In this document: one piece after another, positions 24,101 through 34,670 of the stretch
Position numbering within the stretch: position 1 is the stretch's first letter
Layout of the letters: each line of letters begins with the position of its first letter
Assembly (NCBI GenBank): GCA_002245135.1
Contig: NGBS01000593.1
Location: 124,001-158,670 of the forward strand
Source of the DNA: Proteromonas lacertae
Taxonomy: Eukaryota
Direction of reading: 5' to 3'
DNA: 34,670 nt
Translations under genes and position numbers: made by a program
Notes under the pieces: model-generated
Database searches by the model: none
The model's input: only the letters and a program-made list of their open reading frames with translations
What the model was told of the DNA's origin: nothing

Positions 24101-24377
24101 AATGTAATTTATTTGAATAGATGTTGGAATGAGTGAAAGAGGATTAAAAATGTTAATAGAAAGAATAATGGATTATAAATATTTAAAAGTAATAAATCTA
24201 TCAGGAAATGAATTACAAGAAAAAGAGTTGAGATTAATGATACAAAACAAAGAAGTGTTTGATTATTTAGATGAATTATCAATAACTGTTAATGAAAAAA
24301 TAGAAAAATCAGTATTAAAATCATTTTTAGAAACATTTTCATCAGTTAGAACAATCAAATTGAATGGATATTCATAA
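21114..24377 (+). CDS. Pseudokinase fused to RNI-like (28-aa) leucine-rich repeats
   Basis: Introns: 21162-21187, 22386-22413, 22582-22612, 23033-23061, 23263-23292, 23461-23487, 23823-23850, 24085-24120. Kinase motifs: VGNLKSSNI, KLCDLF, SPEE, WLIGCIMYEM. LRRs such as LKYLELYGNEIGDEG. One base is missing at 23627-23630. Confidence 0.82.
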
Positions 24378-24443
24378 TAATTGATTCATAATTTACTTTT
24401 AATAATAACGAATATATTTTTGGAATAAAATTTAATAATTAAA

Positions 24444-24740
24444 ATGGAGTGGTTAGTTCTAATTTTACCACTGCTTTATTTATTAATTATAGTTGTTTTC
24501 ATGGTATTCGTGCCAATGTATCAAACTGGGACAGTATATTTTATATAATTTAATAAATAGTTATGGCCAACTCTTTATGAATGGAAGAATACTTCATTGT
24601 GCATCATTTTTTCATTTATTGGATTTATTCTAATGTATTGCTATTTTGAATTCTCATTTATCAATTCATCAGTGTTCTTTTTGTTATTTATCTTCTTATC
24701 AGTTTATTTAATACCTAATAAGCGTATAAAGATAAAATAA
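24444..24740 (+). CDS. Small 89-aa membrane protein (about 3 TM segments), unknown function
   Basis: ATG at 24444 and a canonical intron at 24534-24560. Protein: MEWLVLILPLLYLLIIVVFMVFVPMYQTGT|LWPTLYEWKNTSLCIIFSFIGFILMYCYFEFSFINSSVFFLLFIFLSVYLIPNKRIKIK*. Confidence 0.6.
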
Positions 24741-24897
24741 TAGTAATCATTTCTTGTCTTTTGACGTATTTGTTGAAAATATATGAATATAAACATAAAT
24801 ATAATTCCTATTTCTTTCATATTCTCATCCCTTCACAAAAAAACAACAATATTATATATTTGAAAATAACTTCTTATCTTTATTATTTCAATTCTTT

Positions 24898-26282
24898 TTA
24901 TGATAAATATCTGAAAATAGAAGCACATAAAAATATAGCAAAGAAGCTTCCAACAATCATTAATGGTTCTCTCCACATAGGTAATGTAAGTGTATAGGAT
25001 ATCTCAAATATTTGATCATAATCATCTACTACATTTTGTCTTTTAAATTGAATAACTGGTCTACCTTCAAATGGAGAATCTAAATAAGTAAATCTCTTTT
25101 CATCTCCTTCCTTTTCAACACGATATTTAAAATTATATTTTATATCTTTTGCACCTTCAGGTAATATAAATCTTACTATATAATCATCAACAGCTAAGTT
25201 ACTCATTGCTGGTCCAAAATTAATAGCTAAAGTATGTCTACTACCTCTATAAGTAACATATTGTGATATTGGTAAATTATAACCAATATAAAACTCATTC
25301 TTCCAACCACCAAACATTGGAAATCTCATATCCAATTCAAAGCTTTGACTTTTACCTTCATATCTTAAATGGGATGAACTTATATTGCCTATAACATCAC
25401 GATAGTAGACATCAGTAGCTACACGAGGAATTTCACCATCTAAAGTAATCCAATCAGGTGAATCTGATGATTTTTTCATATCATAATCTAATCGGGAAAA
25501 TGGACCAACTAATTTAGCACCACTATGTTCAACGCTGTAGATTTCTTCAACGGCAATGTTTCCCCAGAGGGATACTTCTATTTCTTTTAATATTCTATTG
25601 GCTGTCATGAATGGAGAATTGTTTAAAAAATGGATTTTGATTGGTTCATAACTATTTGCATCTATATCTTCATATGGACCGTATTTGACTGTTTTCCCTT
25701 GAGTTTTAGATGCACCAACTTGTGTATATGTTTCAATAACGGATGTTCCGACTTTTACTGTTGTACTCTATAAAGAGATTAATTATAATTTTTAAATTAA
25801 TATACTTGTTTAGCGCATTTGTAAGGGATTGTTACATATGCTGAATCTCTATATACTACATATTGATTTTCACCTTGTTTTATTTCCTTAGGGTATGGTT
25901 GAAGTTGATGTAATAATTTACCTGACACTGTGATAGATAAAGAATTTTGATTCTCTGGGAGTTTAATAGAGAAATAATCAAAATCATCACTATATAATAG
26001 CATATAAAAATCAATATACTCTTTCATATCTGTTATTTTCACAACACTTAATTCACTTTTTTCAACTTTTGCAGTTACAATAGCAAGATTGGCTGAATGT
26101 ACCTTTAATAGTTTAAAAACAAAGTGATCTTGTCCATCAGAAACCTCGATTGTATATACTGTGCTAAATTCTACAATATGTTCTGATGCATCAATTGTTC
26201 TTTTTACTTCTGTTACTGTGATTCCTTTAAAATCAACTGCAAGCAAACTTGTTACAAGTAATAAGAAAATGAAGGTTTTCAT
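24898..26282 (-). CDS. RPN1: Oligosaccharyltransferase subunit ribophorin I (Ost1)
   Basis: Signal peptide; introns 25990-26019 and 25768-25805. Motifs: EIEVSLWGNIAVEE, FSRLDY, YYRDVIGNISSS, RFPMFGGWK, ILPEGA, TYLD..GRP, and REPL followed by a TM segment. Confidence 0.95.
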
Positions 26283-26454
26283 CCTATCTTGCCTATAAAG
26301 AAATAAAATAAAATGTTAATATATAGAAAAAATCAAGAAGTAAAGCAAAAGATGCTTTATATATAGAGAAAAATAATAAAATTACTTTATGATTAAATCA
26401 AGCCTCAAATTGCATAATCGAGCCTATATTCATTTTTTCTTTTTTCTAAAGAAT

Positions 26455-27309
26455 ATGCGTTTTCTAGTTCTCTTTTTCTTGATATTAGCAGTATTTGCAA
26501 AGAAGAAGAAGAAGGAAGAAAAAGATTTGAGAAGACCACAACCTGACCTTGACGACCCAGAGTATGAACAAATTGATCCTCGTTTAAAAGTGGATGGTAT
26601 AGTTGACTTAACAGAAGAGACATGGAACAACACTGTAGATGGGACAAAGAATGTTATGGTGTATTTCTATGCTTCAAAAGGATGTCCAAGCTGTAATCTT
26701 TTCGCATATACGTATTTTTCATTATATTTCACTAATTATAGCATTAAAAAAATTGGTGATGTATTTTATTCAGATGAATTTATGAACTCAAGAGTATAAT
26801 CAAATTATTAATTTGCTTTACTATTATAGATGACATTTGCTAAAATAGACGTATCAGTATATAAAGATACAGGTGAAAAATATATAATCGACGATCCACC
26901 TAGATTAATTCTGTTTAATCGAGGAACTAATCAAGAACTATTTTATCCTGGATCTATGGATTATGATTCTATATTAGATTTCTGCCACAAAATTATTGAA
27001 GATGATGTAGAAGGAAGAATTCCAAAATTAGATGAAATAGCAGTGAAATTTATGGTTGGAAATAGAAAAAGAAATATGAAAAAAGTGGAAGAATATATCT
27101 CTAAATTAGGCCCAAATGATGAATATGAGGCTATTTATGCACAATACTATCTCTTGGTGATGAAAATGGTTGAAGAAAAAGGAGATGATTGGGTTTATAA
27201 AGAAATGAAAAGATTAAGATTAGTATTGAAGAATCATAAAAGAACTGTAGAACAATTGAGAGCTATTGCTTGGAAGTTGAATATTTTAGATTCATTTTAT
27301 CCTGATTAA
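26455..27309 (+). CDS. PDI-family protein: signal peptide + thioredoxin-like domain (CPSC) + ERp29 C-terminal helical domain
   Basis: MRFLVLFFLILAVFA signal; introns 26712-26741 and 26794-26829. Motifs: VMVYFYASKGCPSC, FAKID, YYLLVMKMVEEKGDDWVYKEMKRL...KLNILDSF. Confidence 0.85.
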
Positions 27310-27735
27310 CATTTTTTCTCTTTATTTTTTATTTACATTGTTTTTGACATGTATTTAGTAAATTACACAATCATAATTTCATTTTCATTTTTTGAATGCT
27401 GTGACAGATTTTATCAGTAGGAGTTGATAATGATGTACTTCAAAAATGGTATATTATATGTTAGTGTAGTTATAGATTGAGAAAAGAAAAGTCACATTTT
27501 CTGATTTGCTTGTAGACAAATATGTACAACATACATGTAATTAAAATAATATATAGATGAAGTATGTACTGAAAATAGTACATTTTTTTGGATGATTTTA
27601 TTTAACAGTTTTTGGTGTTTATGTCGTTAAATTTTATCTGTTAGTCTAATGTTATTAAAGAAAAAGACTAAATGTGTGAATAAAAAACTCACAGAAAACC
27701 GAAAAAAAAATCCTCAAAAAATCTAAAAATTTGCA

Positions 27736-28078
27736 ATGCAGAAATTAGTCATTGTGATTGTGTTTATTTGTATAAATAAATTTATATTGTTTTTAAATAG
27801 GCTTATCTACTTCAACTGAACAAAATTTAAACAAAAACAGAACTGAAAATGCCTTCGTTTGTAAAGAATTTAAAGGGAAAACTACAAGTCAAACATCTAC
27901 TGGTAATATAGATGCGATGAAGGATAAAAGCTTAGAAAGTAACAGCTTAGTTTGTCCAGAATTAGACATTTTGGTTAATCGTTCCTCGGAGTTGTACTTG
28001 CCATTGAAGTGCATAAGGAACACTTACAAAGATGTTATTATTATTGGTATTGTCCATAAACGATTGAACCCAATATAA
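27736..28078 (+). CDS. Putative small secreted protein (about 103 aa), possibly truncated
   Basis: MQKLVIVIVFI|CLSTS signal-like start and a canonical 31-nt intron at 27770-27800. Exon 2 is open to TAA at 28076-28078. Confidence 0.5.
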
Positions 28079-28110
28079 AAGGCAAATGATAACAGCTTTG
28101 TTGAACTCCT

Positions 28111-28662
28111 TTAGGTGCAACTACTTGAGTAGGAGTAGGAGTAGGAATAACTCCTTGAGGAATCATCCCTTGAGGAATCCTTGATCACTAGCAAAAACAT
28201 GAAGACTTTACCGACGTTACTATAGATGTTCGGAGAGTTGAAACATAAGTGGTGTTGGTGATCTGAAGCCACATTATATCGTAAGCTCTTGGTAAACATC
28301 TCGGTGTTGTTGGAGTCAATGAAGAAGGACATCACCCTGGCAACATTCAACTGGAGGTAGTAGTTGATATCATACTCGGAGATCTTTTCAACCATGGCTT
28401 CAACGTAGAAGGGTACTTGATCTTGCTTAAGGAAGTAGTGCCAGCACTTACCACAGATACGGAGCTGGGGCTTCTCAGGTTGTAATTGTCGTTGTTGTTG
28501 GGCAGCTCTGAAAAATGCAAAGGAATTTGAAGGAGCCGATGGAGACATCATCATCACAGGTTGGAATATCACGGGTTGGTTCATCATTGGCAACTCTGAA
28601 GCTGGATTGAAAGAAGGAGCTGTCATAGGAGTAGTTATTGCTGGGTAAGGAACTTGTTGCAT
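28111..28662 (-). CDS. Intronless hypothetical protein in a GC-richer segment; the 3' end may be frameshifted
   Basis: 183-aa ORF with a P/Q/M-rich N-terminus and many C-ending codons. An alternative 3' frame reads IPQGMIPQGVIPTPTPTQVVAPK. Confidence 0.5.
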   Translation of the reverse strand: MQQVPYPAITTPMTAPSFNPASELPMMNQPVIFQPVMMMSPSAPSNSFAFFRAAQQQRQLQPEKPQLRICGKCWHYFLKQDQVPFYVEAMVEKISEYDINYYLQLNVARVMSFFIDSNNTEMFTKSLRYNVASDHQHHLCFNSPNIYSNVGKVFMFLLVIKDSSRDDSSRSYSYSYSYSSSCT

Positions 28663-29498
28663 AGCTGGTTGATTGAAAGAGTTTATAGGAAACGATAAGT
28701 AGAACCATCCTAGTTTTTACAATTGGTTTCCACGGTTCTGTATATGAACTTTTCCTTCAAGTGTTCTTCTCGTAGAATACCCCGTGAAAGTTATCAGCGT
28801 AGAATACCGCCTAAAACACTCACTAGAATACTATGACTTGAGCTACAATCCCATTTATATACTATATATTTTATCATCCTATTTATTCATCAATTCTTTA
28901 TATAAATATATATGTTGCTTTAATAAATGTAATTTCACATAGTTGGTCATTTAATACACTTTTAAAATGAAGATTTTAAATTCTAATTTGATTATATATC
29001 CGTTTCATGAGCATTTATTTATTTTTTGGTTTTTCTTTATGATTATCAATCAGAATCGCACTAAAAATTGAATTACTATTGTATGAACTGTAAAATTTGA
29101 ATATAATAGTATAATTCGAAAAGCTTAAAAAATGTTGTATTAGACAGTTCAAATGATAAATTAAACATGTTGAACAAAGTAAATAGATTATATAGAAAGT
29201 CATGAAATGGTTCTATCTGTTCTATACGTATTTGAAGAATATAAATCTGACATATGAATAGTGTATTCGTTATTGTAGTGTGTATGAGAATAGTGAGTTG
29301 TGTATATATATATTTCTATATCTAGTGTGAAGAATATTGTGATTTTGTTCAGTTAAAGTGTTTGGATAATATGTATATGATATTTATAAAGTATATATAC
29401 GAATTATAATCATATTCTGTTTTATTATATTTCATAAAAATTTGTGAAAAATTTGGATCATTTGGGGATTGAAAAATAATTTACGTTTTATTGTATTT

Positions 29499-32400
29499 AT
29501 GAAATTAGTACTTATCTTAGTTCTGTTGAGTATATTATGTTCAATATTTTAATATAGTTATATCCTGTAGAGGATATACTCTCACAACAGACTTGTTTGA
29601 GTTATCATTAGAGAGATCAGCAAACATCTCGATAGTTAGTGATGAGAATAAAATAACATCATGCATCATTTATCCTGGTTTACCTAATGGGTTAAGCTTA
29701 TCTCAACATTGTGTATTAAGTGGTAAATCAAGTAGAACGTTAGACAAGCGAGAATTTGAATTGAAATATGTTGATAATAGTACTGCCTATAAAGCTACTA
29801 TAAAAATTGTTGTTTATGGAACATTATCAAATTGTAATTATGGAGTATCTGGAGATGGAATAATGATATCTAAAGATGAATCATTTACAATACAACCTCC
29901 CAGATGTAATGCGCCAATAAAATCATGTAGTTGTGGAAATTTACCAACTGGAGTAAATATTGCTGAAAATGGTACAATTTACACTGAAGGATCGACAATT
30001 GAATCTGCAAAAGTGAGTTATAATATTATATGCACTGATGGAACAAATTCTATCACTGTAGCATTAAAATTAGGCATAGGCTCGAATACTGGTTCGAGTC
30101 CACTTCAATATTTTCAATATCCAACAGATGATTTTGCTTTCTTTCTTAATAGAGAAGCATCAATATCACCAACATATTTAGGTAATATAAAAGTAGGTGG
30201 CTGTAGTTATACATCAAAAACATACAATTTAATGGCTGGTCTTTCTGTAAATTCTAATACTTGTGTAATTGGTGGTAAATTCTCTTCCTATCCTCCTGAT
30301 AAGTATGCTAGAGATCATCTTCTTATAGTTACTGCAATCTCTGTTAATGATCTTAGTAAGTGTACATTCACTATTAGAATAAGATATATAAGTGATGGTT
30401 ATATAAATTATATTCATGGTTGGTTGATAAAATTCTATCGATTTAAAACTGCAAATTGTGTAGATAAATATAAAAATCAAGATGATAGTCAAAAAGAATT
30501 AATATATGTTGGTGTAAGAGATTATATCAATTATACAGCTGGTAGTAGTTTATGGCCAGAATATGGTTGGCATTTAGAACAACAATCATCCTTAAGTGGG
30601 ATTGGTTTTTTCCATACTAGCCAAAGAACAATTTATGAATATAGTGGTTCAACTCTAGTAATTGTTGCTAATAATATTGAGTGGCCTGCTCCTGGTTATA
30701 CACCTTCTTATGTTGGTAAAAATGATTGTAGTATACCGAGTGGTAATTTTTATGGTGGTATTTTAGGAAAATCAGAAATTTATCAACATAGAGGAGTAGG
30801 AGCAGATGATCAATTTCAATATTTAGTTCGGGATTATACAGATGATACAAGAGGTAATTTTATAGGTCCTTCTATAGTTTGTCATCAGTATTTAGGATTT
30901 TTTGAATATTCATTAATGAAAGCAATATATCCAGCACATACAAAAATACCAATAAACAAACCAGTATTACAGGGATGGTTTATATCTCGTCCACCTTCTA
31001 GTTTTGAAATAGACAGAGAATTACCACTTGGATTATTATTTGATCCATTAACAGGATATATAAGTGGATATACTGATGAAATTATGGAATCAAAGTATTA
31101 TACAATTAAAGTAAGAGGTAAAGATGGAAGTACTCCATATGCAATAATATGTGAAATAGAAATAGGAATTGAAGAATTTACTAGTTCTGTAAATGAAGTC
31201 GAATGTGATTCTACAATATTGAATGGAAAAGTAGATAATGGTATTACTCCAATTATTTGTTCAGGTAAAAATGGTATAAGAATGTTGTTTCATTCAACTG
31301 ATTTACCATTAGGTTTGAAGATAAGTGATGATGGTATAATAAGTGGAATTCCATTAGAAGAAATATCTGGTCATAATTCAACAATCTATGGTTATTCCAT
31401 AAATGGAGTTAGTTCAACTGAAATCCAATTCAATTTTATAATTGCTTGTAATTTTAATTCATTTTATTTTAATTATACTCTTGAAACTCCAGGAACAGCA
31501 TTTACAATTAAACAAGGTGAAGAAGTATTAGTCTCAAGTAATGATACAGTAGTAGCCCAAAAAGAGAATATGAAAGTTGCCTGTGCAAAATATGAGAGTG
31601 ATTTGAAATTAATAATAGATAGTAGTTCAATAATTGGTGGAAGATTTGTGATTAGTTATGAAAATAAAGAGTTAGTATTATATTCAGGAAAAGTAGAAGA
31701 TATATCAGATCAAAGAGAAATAGTTGTTAAATTTCCTAAAAAAGATGAAATTCCAATTGTTGCATATCCTGATATGACTAATTTGATAATCGGATTTGAA
31801 TATTATATTGGTCCAGAAGTAAAAAATGGTGGTTATTTATTTGAAGTAGAAAATAACATTGGAGAAATAAGTTTTGATAATAAAACTGGTGCTTTTTATG
31901 GAGTTATTGAATTTGCATTTGATAAAGTGTTTAAAGTAAAAGCAACAAATAAGAATGGTAAAAGTTCATTGACTGAAGTACATATTATTTCATCAAAATG
32001 TGATAATGGTAAACAATTATTCAAATTACATGCTGTAATTGGTAAATCTGATGATGGAATTGCATCAATAGTAATTAAAAGAAAGACTGATTCTGCAATT
32101 ATTTTTTCAGCTAATGACATTATTTCATCATCATTTAGCTTACCATTTTGTGAATTACAAGGTGATTATACTGCAATATACTCTTTTACATCTGTTTCAA
32201 ATATTGAAATACAATTAACAGATGTAGATGTAATACAAACCTTACCTCCAGGAATGAATTATGTTCAAGATTTCTTTGTATATAGAGTATATACAGGAGG
32301 TAATTGGTATTATACTTCCATATATCAGTCTGATTGGATTACTACAACTAATTTTGATAATTCTTGGATTGTTAAACCAATGGGTGAATTTGAAGAAGTA

Positions 32401-34670
32401 AGTGGAATAGTAAGATATTATAAATATAGATTTACAGTTCCTAATACTGATTTAAGTACAGCGATAGTATTGTCATTAACATATGCTGGTGGTATAGCTG
32501 TTTACATAAATGAACATTTCGTATATATTAACAATTTACCTGATGGATACACAAGTACATCAGAAAGTAGTTCAGATACTAATCAAACAATCCAAATCCC
32601 AATCGTTAAGGCCTATTTCAATAGAAATGGAAGTGATAATTATATTTCAATAGAATGTCATTTTAAATTATCAATGAGCAAAAAGGAGAATTTGAAAGTT
32701 AATATGCAATACATGGAAATGAATCGATGTATGGATGCTCCAAGTATTAATGATGTTACAGTAACTGCGTTTGCTAAAGAAGGTGAAGCAGTATCAGATT
32801 CTTCTCTTCATGAAGTAGTTTTACCTAATAATTTTAAAACTGCATTATATGGTCTACATGGTACTGGAGTATTTCATTACGATTATGCCTCATATAATGC
32901 TTATGATAATGCATGGTTTAAATATAAATACAAATATCCAATAATGATTTCTAGATATTATTTTAGTGCAAGTGGAGGTAATAATGATCTTCTTTTTTTT
33001 GCTATAAGTTGGGATGTATTAGGATCAAATGATGATAAAACATGGGATTTATTACATTCAGTGAGAAGATCTGCACAACCTCAAACACTACCAGAAGATA
33101 GACCATATTATATACCAAATTTAAAAGGACAATATAAATATTATATGTTTAATTTAACATCAAGAGGTGATAATAATCAAGTATTAGGAATTAGATATAG
33201 AACAGCAGGTATGTTTCCATCAATATGTAATTATCCAAAAACATGTGGTGATATTCCAATGGGAAGTAAAAGTTATTTCATGTGTCCAGAAGGTCAAGAG
33301 TCAAATTCAAAACTATTGCTTCTGAGCCAATAAGAATAATAAGAGAATGTAGAAATGTAAATGGTGTTCCAACACTTCAGCCTGATGATTATGGTGGTAA
33401 GACTTGTTCAAGAGAACATATTATTTTTGATGTTTCTTCAAATAAAGTAGTAGGGACAGTAGGAAGAGAAGTTCCAACTTATAGATCCTATTTATTTGTA
33501 GATCGAAGTACAACCACAACAATAACATCATCTCCCGAATTACCTTTAGGAATAAAGATAGATCAATTAAGCGGAAGAATTTATGGTATACCCTATGAAG
33601 CTAGAGCAACTACAGCTTATACAATAACTGTCACTAATAATGCTTATCCAGCTGGACAAAGAACAGTATCAAAAACAATAAATCTGGAAATATTAACAAA
33701 GAATTGTTCTGTCGATGGTATTTGGCCAATGACTGAGTTTAATCATACAGCATCCTTGAATGTGGAAATGGATGTGATGGTTATAAAAGTCGAAGATGTG
33801 AGTTGATAGATGGAGATGCTGTGTGGATGAATGAAATCGATTATAGTGGTTGTTTATATCCCAAATCAATCGAATATGATAATGTGACAAGTCATTATTT
33901 GAATCTAGGAGAATTAATCCTAGAATCTCTCTGTGAATAATAAAGATTTGACATTTATGATAATATCTGAAGATGAAGTATCTAAATTATTGAAAATCGA
34001 TGAGAATAGTGGAATAATCCATGGAAATTTAACAACTGATATAAAATCCAAAGATTATGAAATCTTTGTGAATATAAGTGGAAATCATACGATAACAAGT
34101 TCTTTTATAATAAGTGTTGATATAATAATTCCAAATATTAGTTATATAAATGATAATTATAAAGGTGTAGTTGGTTTGAGTTTTGAAAGTGAATCTGGTA
34201 TAATAGTTGGATATGAACCTCAATTATCAATATATCCTGATATTTCAACGATGAATGTTGGTTTATCATTTAATTCTTCGAATGGTAAAATCAGTGGAAA
34301 AGCAAGTAAATCAATGAATGAGACCTTTATGATAACTTTAATAAGTGGTGATTTACCTTCATCTTCATTTGAAATGAAAATCTTGATTGAAGAATTTGAA
34401 TATGAGATAATGATAAGATATATAAAAGTGACAAATTATCCATATCTCCTAAAGGTGTATTAGAAAATTCAATATTCTCTTTCAAAGAAGCTGAAATGAA
34501 GAAAAATTAGAAAAACTTGAATATCCATTTAGATGCGAATAGTGGTCGATTATACACTCCTGATGATAGAATAATAAATGACATATTGAATGAAACTATA
34601 ATAATAATAGTGCAAAGTATAAATGGAGAAGAAATAGAAACTGAGTTTACCTTAAAAATTTTGAAATATA
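29499..34670 (+). CDS. Large secreted/surface protein with putative Ig (He_PIG) repeats, galactose-binding-like and Cys-rich modules (3' partial, frameshifted after about 33310)
   Basis: Signal MKLVLILVLL|IISCRG across intron 29530-29557. Repeats: LPNGLSL..C.LSG, LPLGLLFDPLTGYISG, LPLGLKISDDGIISG, LPLGIKIDQLSGRIYG, GLSFNSSNGKISG. F5/8-like SWDVLGSNDDKTWDLL. Cys module CSVDGIWP...CGNGCDGYKSRRC...W. Confidence 0.8.

Noticed and set aside
26389..26454. Upstream in-frame ATG for the thioredoxin-ERp29 gene
   Set aside because: The signal peptide starts at 26455, and the extension overlaps the shared promoter.
28771..28831. CRISPR-like reading of the spaced repeats
   Set aside because: The repeats are only 8-11 nt, the context is eukaryotic and there are no cas genes.
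30229..34223. Short minus-strand ORFs within the He_PIG gene
   Set aside because: Antisense shadows with no recognisable motifs.
1..34670. Alternative genetic code or stop readthrough to explain broken ORFs
   Set aside because: Nearly all breaks resolve as canonical GT-AG micro-introns or single-base indels, and TAA is used as a normal stop.

Overview
This window is AT-rich, gene-dense eukaryotic (protist) nuclear DNA in the standard code. About 55 very short GT-AG introns (mostly 25-38 nt, GTAT...TAG) fragment the ORF track. Intron size, compact spacing and the He_PIG surface-protein family suggest a Blastocystis/Proteromonas-type stramenopile (inference). Hand splicing gives about 16 genes: (1) an intronless ORF with two tandem Hsp70 ATPase domains, partial at the left edge; (2) a myristoylated NAK-like pseudokinase-ANTH-ArfGAP-TKL kinase fusion; (3) a long-chain acyl-CoA synthetase; (4) an ER DnaJ; (5) an NDP-rhamnose epimerase/reductase; (6) the TFIIIC TPR subunit; (7) a 14-exon SYCP2/Red1/ASY3-like meiotic axis protein; (8) a Pro/Gln-rich protein; (9) a kinase remnant; (10) a pseudokinase-LRR protein with repeat-phased exons; (11) a small 3-TM protein; (12) ribophorin I; (13) a thioredoxin-ERp29 protein; (14-15) two small orphan ORFs; (16) a giant He_PIG surface protein, partial at the right edge. 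Several single-base frameshifts, mostly at short A-runs, look like assembly errors. I found no tRNA, rRNA, CRISPR array or transposase. Homology calls rest on motifs recalled from memory and were not checked by database search.
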